Counted from the stretch's first letter, positions 1 to 8,551 are shown. The stretch is DNA of 32,000 bases from Acaryochloris marina MBIC11017 (GCF_000018105.1 NC_009925.1:4050001-4082000); one strand, 5' to 3'. Notes: generated by a model not told the origin, from the letters alone. Made by a program: numbers and translations.

Positions 1-317
1 CATTTCATCATATCCACTAGACGGTATTTAATGCGGCGATGGTGGATGACTTCGTACTGAAACAGGCTCAAATCTTCAGGAGTGGGCAGATGGCCCCAAA
101 TTAACAAGAATGCGGTTTCCAGAAAATTGCTGTGTTCTGCTAGCTCGGTAATGGGAATGCCGCGATATTCCAGTTGCCCCGCCTGACCATCCACATAGCT
201 GACTCGGGACTGGGCGGCTGGAATTCCACCTAAGCCAGGCACATAATCACAAGTTGTCATCTGCTTTGCTCCGGTGGGAATAGTATCGTCCTGCTGTCGA
301 TAAAATCGTTCTCTCAT
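1..317 (-). CDS. gltA: citrate synthase, N-terminal part (gene runs off the left edge)
   Basis: Reverse-strand translation from ATG at 260 (an in-frame ATG also exists at 317) reads MTTCDYVPGLGGIPAAQSRVSYVDGQAGQLEYRGIPITELAEHSNFLETAFLLIWGHLPTPEDLSLFQYEVIHHRRIKYRLVDMMK. This matches the conserved N-terminal block of bacterial/cyanobacterial citrate synthases (PGLxGxPAxxSxxSxxDGxxGxLxYRGxxIxELAExSxFxETAxLLxxGxLP). The frame is open to the window edge and is absent from the ORF track only because it is truncated. Confidence 0.85.
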   Translation of the reverse strand, partial: MRERFYRQQDDTIPTGAKQMTTCDYVPGLGGIPAAQSRVSYVDGQAGQLEYRGIPITELAEHSNFLETAFLLIWGHLPTPEDLSLFQYEVIHHRRIKYRLVDMMK

Positions 318-416
318 CCATTGGACAGGCTCTGTTTGTACCTGTCAATTAGAGGATCTGGCCGTTATCCAGATAGGAGAAAACACGGCACAACTTTGAC
401 TAATGATGGCGATCAG

Positions 417-490
417 GGCGGACGATGGGAATCGAACCCACGAATGGTGGAACCACAATCCACTGCCTTAACCACTTGGCTACGCCCGCC
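417..490 (-). tRNA. tRNA-His (anticodon GTG)
   Basis: Reverse complement of 417-490 is GGCGGGCGTAGCCAAGTGGTTAAGGCAGTGGATTGTGGTTCCACCATTCGTGGGTTCGATTCCCATCGTCCGCC (74 nt). It folds as a cloverleaf: acceptor stem with an encoded extra 5' G (G-1, the His hallmark) opposite C73, anticodon stem GTGGA/TCCAC around loop TTGTGGT, and T-arm GTGGG-TTCGATT-CCCAT. No CCA is encoded. Confidence 0.9.
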
Positions 491-1103
491 ATTGCGTATT
501 TGAATATAGCATTTAGACCTTAGATCGATCCAGGTTTCTGGCAATCGATGTAAAAATTCCCCATTATGACGATGAACCTGATGGTAATTGGTAATCGACT
601 CCTAGAGGAGATTGGCTTGATATGAAGGAATGGTGTAGTTCTTCCTGGTTCTATTGGACTAACCTTGTAGCAGAAACTGGCCGACGGGGCTTAAAGTGCT
701 TGGTCGGGTCCATCAAATATGCTTCGCCATGTAATGCTGCGTATATGTGAGTTCCACCTCCAGGGTTTTGAGAGGTTAACTGCGTTGATCCAAACTATGA
801 ATCGCAACGCAGTCTAATGATGAGCTAAACGTATGGTTGGCAATGACTGATTTTAATCTTTACCAAATGTGTGCCATAACATTTTGCGATGAACAACAAG
901 ACAGCAAGGCATTCTGAATGTTGTATGACGGTGTCAAAATATTTATGCCAATTTGGCAACATGATTTTATTCTTCCTTCCTATAGTAATTTCAGTAACGA
1001 GCTAATCAAGGTTTTCTCCTTCAGCTTGAAATAAGCATGAAACTGTTAATTTATTGCTCAGGATTTTTGGATATATGCCACAGATTTCAGCAATAAAATT
1101 AGG

Positions 1104-1127
1104 TTTTAAGTTTGATTTTAAGTTTTA
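1104..1127 (+). repeat. tandem 12-nt direct repeat upstream of the precursor gene
   Basis: ttttaagtttga / ttttaagtttta. The core ttttaagttt occurs at 1104-1113 and again at 1116-1125, about 80-100 nt upstream of the ATG at 1207. Confidence 0.5.
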
Positions 1128-1206
1128 GGAAAAAATTAAAGAAACTGGGTTATATATCTAGCTTTCTGATAAAGACTAGCTCAATAAATACAAGAGGAAT
1201 AGATTG

Positions 1207-1464
1207 ATGATTATCTCTGATTTGAATTACTGTGAAGCTGTTACTGAAGGTCTTGACAAAGTTGCTGGCGGGAGTTTCAGCAAAAAAGTTCACTTAAAAT
1301 TCGTAGTCATTAAAACTTTTGGTAAGCCTGTAGGTAACATCGCTAAAGCTGGTGCAACTGCAGATGCTATTGGTCCAGGCTCTTTTAGTGAGGCCACTAC
1401 TACTACTACTACTGTTGCTGGGTATGGCTCTTCATCCGCTGCTAGCTCAACTTCTGTTTCCTAG
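1207..1464 (+). CDS. double-glycine-leader secreted peptide precursor (bacteriocin-like, cyanobacterial ISDLNY..E..GG type)
   Basis: ATG at 1207 is preceded by aagagga (1192-1198). The N-terminus is MIISDLNYCEAVTEGLDKVAGG|SFSKK. Hydrophobic residues sit at -4 (V), -7 (L), -12 (A) and -15 (Y) relative to the GG, as in double-glycine leaders cut by C39 peptidase ABC exporters. The core is Ala/Ser/Thr-rich (AKAGATADAIGPGSFSEATTTTTTVAGYGSSSAASSTSVS). A C39 exporter is encoded in the same island. Confidence 0.65.
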   Translation: MIISDLNYCEAVTEGLDKVAGGSFSKKVHLKFVVIKTFGKPVGNIAKAGATADAIGPGSFSEATTTTTTVAGYGSSSAASSTSVS

Positions 1465-1511
1465 GATAAGCAAAACTTAACTATAAGTTTTGACTGACAC
1501 AGTGATCTGTG

Positions 1512-1561
1512 AAATGAGTTGCTGGAGGCTAGGCTACTAGATTACTTTCAGCAACTCATTT
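1512..1561 (+). terminator. hairpin downstream of the precursor gene (possible intrinsic terminator)
   Basis: AAATGAGTTGCTG (1512-1524) pairs perfectly with CAGCAACTCATTT (1549-1561), giving a 13-bp stem. The loop is large (24 nt), and the stem runs into TTTTC. It lies about 50 nt after the stop at 1464. Confidence 0.4.
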
Positions 1562-1851
1562 TCAATTAATTCAGTGAATAATAAGTTTTAAGATAAGTAG
1601 GTCAAGCTTGATTATAAATGGGTAAATTTATGCAGCTAAATTTCATTTCTAGATCTAATATATGTCATGCATTAGCAATGTTTATATACTGAAATATAGT
1701 TGAGCTTCCATACCCTCACCTATTTACACTTAATTGCGTAGTGAAAATTAGTATATATACTTCTGGTTAAAAGCGTCTATTTTTCATGGCTAAGTATATT
1801 GTCTAAAGTAAGTAGATTACTTTGTAAGAAATTGATTAATAGTGTTGATGT

Positions 1852-2109
1852 ATGATTAAATCTATGCAATTGCAAGAAATGTTAGAGAGCATGAGTAACA
1901 GCTCTAGTATTTCTTCCTCAACAGCTGAGTCAAAAAGCAATGGTGTTGTTAGCCGTGCGTCTGCTAAAGCCACTTCATTTAAAGCAGGAAGTAAGCCTAG
2001 TTGCTCAGAATCGTTTAGTGAAAAAAATTCTCAATCTAGTTGTGCTAGTGCGTCTTCAACAACAAAAATCTCTGAAATTAATGTCCAAACAGATACTTTG
2101 TGCTCATAG
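1852..2109 (+). CDS. Ser/Thr/Cys-rich small protein, possible divergent paralog of the 1207-1464 precursor
   Basis: 85-aa ORF in the same orientation, 390 nt downstream of the precursor. It shares AKA...SFSE followed by a Ser-rich tail (SSCASASSTT versus SSSAASSTS). It has no GG motif and no clear ribosome-binding site, so it may not be expressed. Confidence 0.35.
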   Translation: MIKSMQLQEMLESMSNSSSISSSTAESKSNGVVSRASAKATSFKAGSKPSCSESFSEKNSQSSCASASSTTKISEINVQTDTLCS

Positions 2110-2691
2110 GTATTTTTGTGATTTAAAATTGTAGTGCTTAAAAAAATAAAACTTGAGTTTCTAATTTAAAATATTCTTAGATAAAACTAGTAATTCATGC
2201 TCTTTGTTTGACGTTGGAGCTTATCTTATATGATACAAACTTAAGCTATAAAAAACATAGGGATTGAGAAGCATTGTTCAAAGTTTATATCTAGCTCGCT
2301 TAGATAAAGTAACTATTTTAAAATACTGAAATTGATCTCGGTTTTGAACTAAATAGCATATATAATTTTTGATCTGAGAATATCTTTATTTAAAAGATTT
2401 ATAAAAAATGTATTGTATAATATACTTGAGTTCTTAATGGCATCAAAAACTTTTGATGATAAATGTCTTGAATCTATCTAAAAGATTTTTCTTTGATGTT
2501 CTTTTTGATAGAGAGTTGATTTTTTGAGATTTTATTGAGTTGATAAAACTGAACTTGTCCGATTCTTTATCTAATATCAATTTTTTAACTTCAAATCTAT
2601 AAATATTAGATCCTTTGCAAGGATCTAATATCTGAGATAAGAACTTTTTTAAGCTGTGTTCCAAATAAAGTATTTTACATGATTTAGATTT

Positions 2692-4026
2692 ATGCGAAGA
2701 CTTAACTTAAGCAGAATTAGATTTACCAATCGTGCAGATAGAGTTGACCCTGGAGTCACGATTTTTAACCCTAAAAATTCCTTTGTTAAAACCCTAAGAG
2801 GACGTGACTCCTTGATAGGGACTTCTTCTCTAAATGGTGATTTTGGCTTTGGTGTTTTGGTTGGGGTAGGAGCGCAAGATTTTGGCTCGCTTGCTTCATC
2901 GACTGAGTTTGAGGCTAACTTTAGGCTTCGAACTCAGGGAATTAATAACAAAGGTACGATTGAAACGAATAGCGGCCAGGATGTAATCAAAGGTACTGCT
3001 TCAGCAAATCTATCCGTTTCAACCAATACAGTAGCGGAAGCAATAGCCGTTGCTAAATTTGTTGATACAAGCGTCATCACTCAAGTCCTAGCATCTTTGG
3101 GGGTTGAGGCGAGTGTTATCGGTATCAATAATTCGAAGGCAACTATTAAGACGGGCCTTGGAAGCGATGCCGTTGCTGGCCAAACTGAGGGCAGCATTTC
3201 TGCTACAGCAACAGCCTCTGTAGATGCATCAGCCATTGTCGAAGCGATTGCTGGTGCCCCTATTTCTGATGAGTTAATCGCATTTGCGAATGCCATTGCT
3301 ACAAGTTTAACGGCTGCGTCTATCACGGCCACTGGGATTAAAAACAAGAAAGGACTGCTTTCTACTGGATCAGGTAGAGATAAGCTTACTGCTACTGCAA
3401 CTACGCAATCTGGCACTTTTGCCGGTACGTCTAGTTCTACTTTTTCTAGTGCACCCCCTGAGAATCAAGCATTGGCTTTAGCCGTGGCGGAGGCGGTTGC
3501 GGTGGCTTCTGATATTGCGATCGCAATCGATAATACAGGCGGCAAAATTACCACAGGGAATGGGGCTGATACGATAATTGCCACTGCGGAAGCGACTGGT
3601 AAAGCCTTTGGAATTATCAATACTGGTGGTGTGATTAATACTGGACAAGGGGCTGATCAGATTATTGTTCAGGCTACAGGGGAAGAAGCCTATGGTCTTT
3701 ATGGTGGAAGAGTAAATTTGGGTGCAGGAAAAGATTTATTAACCGGTACCTTTGGTGGCGGTGTGGTTGTCAATGCAGGGAGAGGCAACGATTTTATTGA
3801 TGGTAGTGCTGGTGATTTTGGGAACGCCACATTAAGAGGTGGAAGAGGTCAAGACACCCTCAGTCTTGCGAGTAGCCTTGCAGATTTTTCAGATATCAGT
3901 ATTGGTGCAAATACTCAAGTTACATTCAATCTTGACGGTATGACGCTTGTTACTACGGGATTTGAAGAATTTATTTTAGCGGGTGAAACTTATACTCTCG
4001 CTGGGCTTGCAAGCAATCTGCCATAA
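2692..4026 (+). CDS. repeat protein with RTX-like GxGxDx(I/L) motifs (putative secreted calcium-binding-type protein)
   Basis: 444 aa with about nine copies of a unit such as GINNKGTIETNSGQDVIKGTA, IDNTGGKITTGNGADTIIATA, IINTGGVINTGQGADQIIVQA, LGAGKDLLTG, AGRGNDFIDG and GGRGQDTLSL. These are separated by alternating-Ala segments (AEAIAVAKF, ALALAVAEAVAVASDIAIAI). There is no signal peptide and no GG leader. A ~49-aa non-repeat C-terminal tail follows. An in-frame TGA at 2680-2682 rules out a longer N-terminus. Confidence 0.75.
   Translation: MRRLNLSRIRFTNRADRVDPGVTIFNPKNSFVKTLRGRDSLIGTSSLNGDFGFGVLVGVGAQDFGSLASSTEFEANFRLRTQGINNKGTIETNSGQDVIKGTASANLSVSTNTVAEAIAVAKFVDTSVITQVLASLGVEASVIGINNSKATIKTGLGSDAVAGQTEGSISATATASVDASAIVEAIAGAPISDELIAFANAIATSLTAASITATGIKNKKGLLSTGSGRDKLTATATTQSGTFAGTSSSTFSSAPPENQALALAVAEAVAVASDIAIAIDNTGGKITTGNGADTIIATAEATGKAFGIINTGGVINTGQGADQIIVQATGEEAYGLYGGRVNLGAGKDLLTGTFGGGVVVNAGRGNDFIDGSAGDFGNATLRGGRGQDTLSLASSLADFSDISIGANTQVTFNLDGMTLVTTGFEEFILAGETYTLAGLASNLP
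3517..3524. repeat. HIP1 palindrome GCGATCGC (the only one inside the AT-rich island)
   Basis: Exact octamer read directly. Confidence 0.95.
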
Positions 4027-4220
4027 TATTTCAAGCTAAATAGAGTAAGTGAGAACGCCAAAGATGTTGCTAGAAATGTCTTAGTCTCCTTAGCTCATAT
4101 TCTCCGCTAGAAATTTTTAATCTATTTTGGATAATCGGGTTTCAGCACAACTACCTATTCCTTTCAGATTGAAATAAGGCATAGCTTGTATTAATACTAG
4201 TGAAAACTTAGTCGTAGAAT

Positions 4221-4255
4221 ATCCAAGGGTGCTATTAACAATGGCACCCTTGGAT
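4221..4255. other. perfect 12-bp inverted repeat (hairpin) in the spacer after the repeat-protein gene
   Basis: ATCCAAGGGTGC (4221-4232), an 11-nt loop, then GCACCCTTGGAT (4244-4255). No T-tract follows, so the terminator role is uncertain. Confidence 0.3.
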
Positions 4256-4575
4256 CTAGTGTTGGGATTTGATGAATAACGCTTTCCAAGAATCTTGTTT
4301 AATAAAACAATAAGTTGTTCGCTTGATATAGATTTCGTAGACCGTTTACTGAATATAGTTTTCAGGGGACGATGCTTTCAGTAATTCTGAGAGAACTATC
4401 TTCAAATTTTTTAGCTTAAGCAAACTGATATTAGGTTAGATCAGTACATGGTATGTCCGTGAGCGATTAAGCCTTACGCATGTTTTATAGCTATGGAATA
4501 ATGGCTTTAGAGAAGATATATACAAGTATTTAGCAAAAAAATCAGAAAAATTTTCTATTTGAAATTTCCTACTGA

Positions 4576-5325
4576 ATGATGACTATAGACTTTCGCGGAA
4601 TTCCAATTGAGATAGCTGAGATGCTAGAAGCACTCAAGCAAAATATGAGTCTAGTAGAGGTCTGCGAGCAAATTCTTAAACAAAAAATTATTCTTCAAAC
4701 AGCTGATTCTCAAAATATTACGGTTACACCTGAAGAAATTCAAAATGAAGTAGATGAAATTCGCCGTAATAAGCATTTGGAGAAGGCATCTGATACGATG
4801 GCTTGGCTCAATGAGCAAATGATTACCCCAGATGAATGGGAAATTGTAATTCAGAATCATGTGCTTACCAAAAAATTGGCTAAACATCTATTTGAAGAGC
4901 AAGTAGAACCTTTTTTCGCTGAAAGACGGTTAAATTTTGATCGTTTTGTGGTCTATCAAATTAGTCTTGACTGCCAAAATCTTGCTCAAGAGCTATTTTA
5001 TCAAATTGAAGAAGAAGAAATTAGTTTTTACGAAGCTGCACGACTTTATAACCTTGATGAGAGCGCTCGCTATTTGTGTGGTTATACCGGTCAGAAAAAC
5101 CGTTTAAGTTTTTCCCCCGATATCGCTGCGGCTATCTTTCAAGATCCCTTGCCAATAGGGATTCTAATAGGCCCACTTCAGACAGAAGATGTGTATCATC
5201 TTTTAAGAATTGAGGAACATATTCCTGTAGAGTTAACGCCTGAGTTGAGGCAAGAAATACTTCATAGTTTGTTTGATGAATGGATCAATAAAGAAATTGA
5301 GTACGTTATTAATATGAAAGGATAA
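4576..5325 (+). CDS. parvulin (PpiC)-type peptidyl-prolyl isomerase-like protein, leaderless
   Basis: 249 aa. The N-terminal half resembles the SurA/PrsA-type helical chaperone region (ITVTPEEIQNEVDEIRRN...). The C-terminal half follows the parvulin layout (FVVYQISLDCQNLAQELFYQIEEEEISFYEAARLYNLDESARYLCGYTGQKNRLSFSPDIAAAIF...PIGILIGPLQTEDVYHLLRIEE). The usual first catalytic His position appears substituted. No signal peptide was seen. Confidence 0.55.
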   Translation: MMTIDFRGIPIEIAEMLEALKQNMSLVEVCEQILKQKIILQTADSQNITVTPEEIQNEVDEIRRNKHLEKASDTMAWLNEQMITPDEWEIVIQNHVLTKKLAKHLFEEQVEPFFAERRLNFDRFVVYQISLDCQNLAQELFYQIEEEEISFYEAARLYNLDESARYLCGYTGQKNRLSFSPDIAAAIFQDPLPIGILIGPLQTEDVYHLLRIEEHIPVELTPELRQEILHSLFDEWINKEIEYVINMKG

Positions 5326-5364
5326 AAATTCTGTTAGATATATCAGTTCATCTTTTTAATTCTC

Positions 5365-8300
5365 TTACAGCTCTAGTTGTTGCTGAGCTAAGTAAAAATA
5401 GAGCCCTTGCTTTTTGATTAGCTCTTCGTGAGTGCCTTTCTCAACGAGTATTCCTTTATCTAGCACAATGATGCAGTCAGCATTGCGTACAGTTGAAAGT
5501 CGGTGGGCAATAATAAAAGTTGTCCGTTCTCGCGTTAAATGCTTTAAATTTTCCTGAAATCTTCGTTCTGATTCAGTGTCCAGGGAACTGGTAGCCTCAT
5601 CAAAGATGAGTATGGGGGGCCTTTCAAGTAAGGCCCTGGCAATGGCAATCCTCTGTCTTTGCCCCCCGGAAAGATTAGTACCCCACTCACCGACTTTGGT
5701 GCTGTACCCGAGTGGAAAAGATTGAATAAAAGCATGCGCTTCTGCCAGCTTAGCAGTTTCAATAACCTGCTCTAGACTAATCTTCGGTTGATGGAGCGTG
5801 ATATTTTCTTGGATTGTTCCTGAAAATAAAAAGCATTCTTGTTGAACAACTCCAAGTTGGGAACGGAGTGATTGAAGCGATAAATGATTAAGATCGTGTC
5901 CATCTATCGAAATTTGGCCACTGGTAGGCTGGTAAAGCCCTTGAAGTAACTTGACTAAAGTACTTTTGCCAGAGCCACTACGCCCAACTATTGCTAGAGT
6001 TTGACCTTTGTTAACCTCAAAAGAGATATTTTGGATAGCATTTCGCTCTTCTTCTGACTCATAGCGGAAGGTGACATTCTCGAATCGAATATTACCCTCA
6101 ATATTGGGTAAATTAACAGAAGACTTTTGAGATGCTTCCTCTGGTTGATAATCAAAAATATCATTGAGTCTTTCGACAGATATTAAGACTTCTTGTAATT
6201 CGTCCCATAATCCGACTAAAGCAATAATAGGACTGATAACATTGCCTTTCATCATATTAAAAGCAACATATTGACCAACCGTGAGTTGATCTTGAATAAC
6301 TAAAGTTGCTCCAAACCAAAGTAGAGCAGTTCCGCCAATAGTGTTAATTAGGCTACTCAATATACCTAGATTAATAGCAAGTTTTTGCCCTTTAAATTGT
6401 ATATTGAGTTGATGAGTTAATTTATCTTCCCAACGCCACCGGAACTCTTGTTCTACAGCAACAGATTTAACAGTAGAAATACCGGAGAGCATTTCTACTA
6501 AAGTTGAGTTCTCATCGGCAGTAGCATTAAACTGCTCTCGAGATACTTTGCGAAGCAAAGGAGTTGAAACTAATGTCAGTATGATGATTGGGGGAATAAT
6601 TGCTAATACTAATAATGTAAGTTGCCAGTTATAGTACAGCATCAAGCATAAATAAATGATCCCCGTCACTACATCTAGCCAGGCTAGTAATACCTGTCCT
6701 ATTAAAAATTGCTGAATCTTTTCATTCTCTTGAACTCTTGTGATGATATCTCCGACTCTGCGTGATTCAAAAAATTTGATAGGTAAATTGAGAGTATGTC
6801 GGATTAAACCGCTAATCATTGTCAAATCTAATCGATTAGCGAAATAGTTTAAGAGATATGTGCGAACTGCACTTAGCCCCATACCTGCGATGCCGAATAG
6901 CAAAGCACCGATGATCATCACATTGAGAGTTGTTTGGCTCTTACTAACGACTATTTGGTCAAGAATTATTTGAGTAAATAGCGGTGAAATAATGCCAAAA
7001 ATTTGAATTAAGATAGACGCTAAGATGATTTGCAGTCCTAAAGAGCGATACGGTAAAAGTAGATTGAAAAATCTACCTAAAGAGCGCTTTTCACCAGGAA
7101 CTGCATATAATTGTTCAGTTGGGTCTAGAAGAAGCGCAAAACCAGTCCAGCTCGCTAAAAATTTTCGGCGTGATATTTGGTATTTACCTTTTGCTGGGTC
7201 AGCAACTAAAACCTTGTCTCCTTTAACCCAGTAAACAACAATAAAGTGGTCTCCTTCCCAATGTGCAATCCACGGATTAGCTTCATCGGCTAAACGATTT
7301 AAACTGGCTCGTACAGGTCGGGCATGGTAACCAAGAGATTCTGCGGTACCCGCTAAATTTTTAAGTGAAGTACCTGAACGCCATACACCGGTTATTTCTC
7401 GTAACCAACTGAGACTAAACCGTTTGCCCCAGTACTGACTAATCATGGCCAGACAAGCAACCCCACAGTCAGACGAACTTTGCTGCTCGATAAATGGATA
7501 TGTGTTCCATAGAGTGCGACGAGGTTTTAGCGGTTTAGGGAAATCAATCTGTTGTGGATGCTCTATGTTCTGCGAAATGGAAGATGGATTGGACTGACCC
7601 TTTCTAACTCTCTGAGGGGTAGACCGAACCAAATTTCGCTTCCAGGATTTAGTGCGTTCGGTGTTGTAAATTCTACGAGGGTTAGCATTTAGTGCTGTGG
7701 TGGGTGATGGACGGCCTTCTTGCACTAGCAAGGACAATTGAGGCGCAATGGTGGTGGCAGCCTCCCAATTTTCTTTTGGTAATTGGTATATCAATAATTC
7801 AGTTTTGCTAGAGTTACTGACCTCAGTCGTGTCAGGATACCCCCAAGTAAATCCAGGGTGAGATTCTTGATCCTGAATCTGACCTTGCAGTAGCCAAAAA
7901 CGACCCAAGTCAGCGGGCGCTAATTCAGTAACAGGTGTACCAGGGAGGATTTTCTTCTCTACGATATATACACAAAATTTTTCTAACTTATGGGTTGGCA
8001 GTCTATTTAAGCTTGTAAGGGTTTTAAAGAAAATTAGACATTGACGATCTTGAATAGTTGTAGCCAAATGACCTTGTAGACTTGGTAACTGTGCTAAAAA
8101 AGGTTGCAGTACCTTAAAAGAAATCTTTGCAATCTGTGCTTCACTCGCAGCGAATGCTTGGTAAGGTAGACTGGCCTCACGGTAATTTGAGTCACCTCCA
8201 AAAAAAACACCCTCTTCCAATAATTGAATGGATAAATTTTGAGCTTTTTCGGAGACAGCACTTACAAGCCTAATTTTCCCCTGAGTTATCAGATATAAAT

Positions 8301-8517
8301 CTTGGTAATTATCCTTTATTTGAGTAGTGAATTCATCGATGTCGTAAACAGCATCTCCAAGTTGTAGATCAAGTATCTCAAATTGAGCACTTAGTTCACT
8401 GATAACAGTATCTGAGTGCGATATGTTACATATTTTAGATAATAGACTGGGAAGCTTAGATAGTTCTACTGGAATTTGAAAAGGGTGGTTGTTATCTGAA
8501 ATTCTTAAATTATCCAT
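5365..8517 (-). CDS. peptidase C39 domain-containing ABC exporter with N-terminal cNMP-binding-like extension (HetC-like)
   Basis: 1050 aa. Residues ~1-330 carry two degenerate cyclic-nucleotide-binding-like segments (LGDAVYDIDE...LYLITQGKIRLV...EEGVFFGGDS; ILPGTPVTEL...RFWLLQGQIQ). The C39 motifs are intact: QQSSSDC351GVACLAMI, H424FIVVY and D440P (codons checked at 7465-7467 and 7246-7248). A six-helix ABC membrane domain follows. The nucleotide-binding domain has Walker A GRSGSGKST, signature LSGGQRQRIAIARAL, Walker B ILIFDEATSSLD and H-loop IIAHRLS. Confidence 0.9.
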   Translation of the reverse strand: MDNLRISDNNHPFQIPVELSKLPSLLSKICNISHSDTVISELSAQFEILDLQLGDAVYDIDEFTTQIKDNYQDLYLITQGKIRLVSAVSEKAQNLSIQLLEEGVFFGGDSNYREASLPYQAFAASEAQIAKISFKVLQPFLAQLPSLQGHLATTIQDRQCLIFFKTLTSLNRLPTHKLEKFCVYIVEKKILPGTPVTELAPADLGRFWLLQGQIQDQESHPGFTWGYPDTTEVSNSSKTELLIYQLPKENWEAATTIAPQLSLLVQEGRPSPTTALNANPRRIYNTERTKSWKRNLVRSTPQRVRKGQSNPSSISQNIEHPQQIDFPKPLKPRRTLWNTYPFIEQQSSSDCGVACLAMISQYWGKRFSLSWLREITGVWRSGTSLKNLAGTAESLGYHARPVRASLNRLADEANPWIAHWEGDHFIVVYWVKGDKVLVADPAKGKYQISRRKFLASWTGFALLLDPTEQLYAVPGEKRSLGRFFNLLLPYRSLGLQIILASILIQIFGIISPLFTQIILDQIVVSKSQTTLNVMIIGALLFGIAGMGLSAVRTYLLNYFANRLDLTMISGLIRHTLNLPIKFFESRRVGDIITRVQENEKIQQFLIGQVLLAWLDVVTGIIYLCLMLYYNWQLTLLVLAIIPPIIILTLVSTPLLRKVSREQFNATADENSTLVEMLSGISTVKSVAVEQEFRWRWEDKLTHQLNIQFKGQKLAINLGILSSLINTIGGTALLWFGATLVIQDQLTVGQYVAFNMMKGNVISPIIALVGLWDELQEVLISVERLNDIFDYQPEEASQKSSVNLPNIEGNIRFENVTFRYESEEERNAIQNISFEVNKGQTLAIVGRSGSGKSTLVKLLQGLYQPTSGQISIDGHDLNHLSLQSLRSQLGVVQQECFLFSGTIQENITLHQPKISLEQVIETAKLAEAHAFIQSFPLGYSTKVGEWGTNLSGGQRQRIAIARALLERPPILIFDEATSSLDTESERRFQENLKHLTRERTTFIIAHRLSTVRNADCIIVLDKGILVEKGTHEELIKKQGLYFYLAQQQLEL

Positions 8518-8551
8518 CTGAATTTAGATTCGTGTTATTCAGTTTTTTGTG

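Noticed and set aside
321-503. 60-aa plus-strand ORF
   Set aside because: It lies directly over the tRNA-His gene on the opposite strand. Its 'protein' is just the tRNA sequence read in frame.
500-860. Searched for an integrase or transposase relic, or an att-type repeat, next to tRNA-His
   Set aside because: Only short open frames are present, for example a 41-aa ATG ORF and a ~47-codon minus-strand frame (GGGTHIYAALHGEAYLMDPTKHFKPRRP). I recognise no family in them and see no duplicated tRNA segment at the far end of the island.
1852-2109. Idea that the Ser/Thr/Cys-rich ORF is a lanthipeptide precursor
   Set aside because: The window contains no LanM/LanB/LanC, cyclodehydratase or radical-SAM gene, and the ORF has no recognisable leader. 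The idea is kept only as an open question in the findings.
1940-2134. 64-aa ORF overlapping the 1852-2109 ORF in another frame
   Set aside because: It is an alternative frame of the same Ser-rich stretch. It has no independent support and no similarity to the neighbouring precursor.
2443-2664. 73-aa minus-strand ORF in the spacer before the repeat-protein gene
   Set aside because: It has a TTG start only, a Lys/Ser/Ile-rich low-complexity translation typical of random AT-rich DNA, and no motif.
3081-3416. 111-aa ORF antisense to the repeat-protein gene
   Set aside because: The Ala/Val-rich antisense frame is a by-product of the GCx-rich sense codons. The sense frame has the clear repeat architecture.
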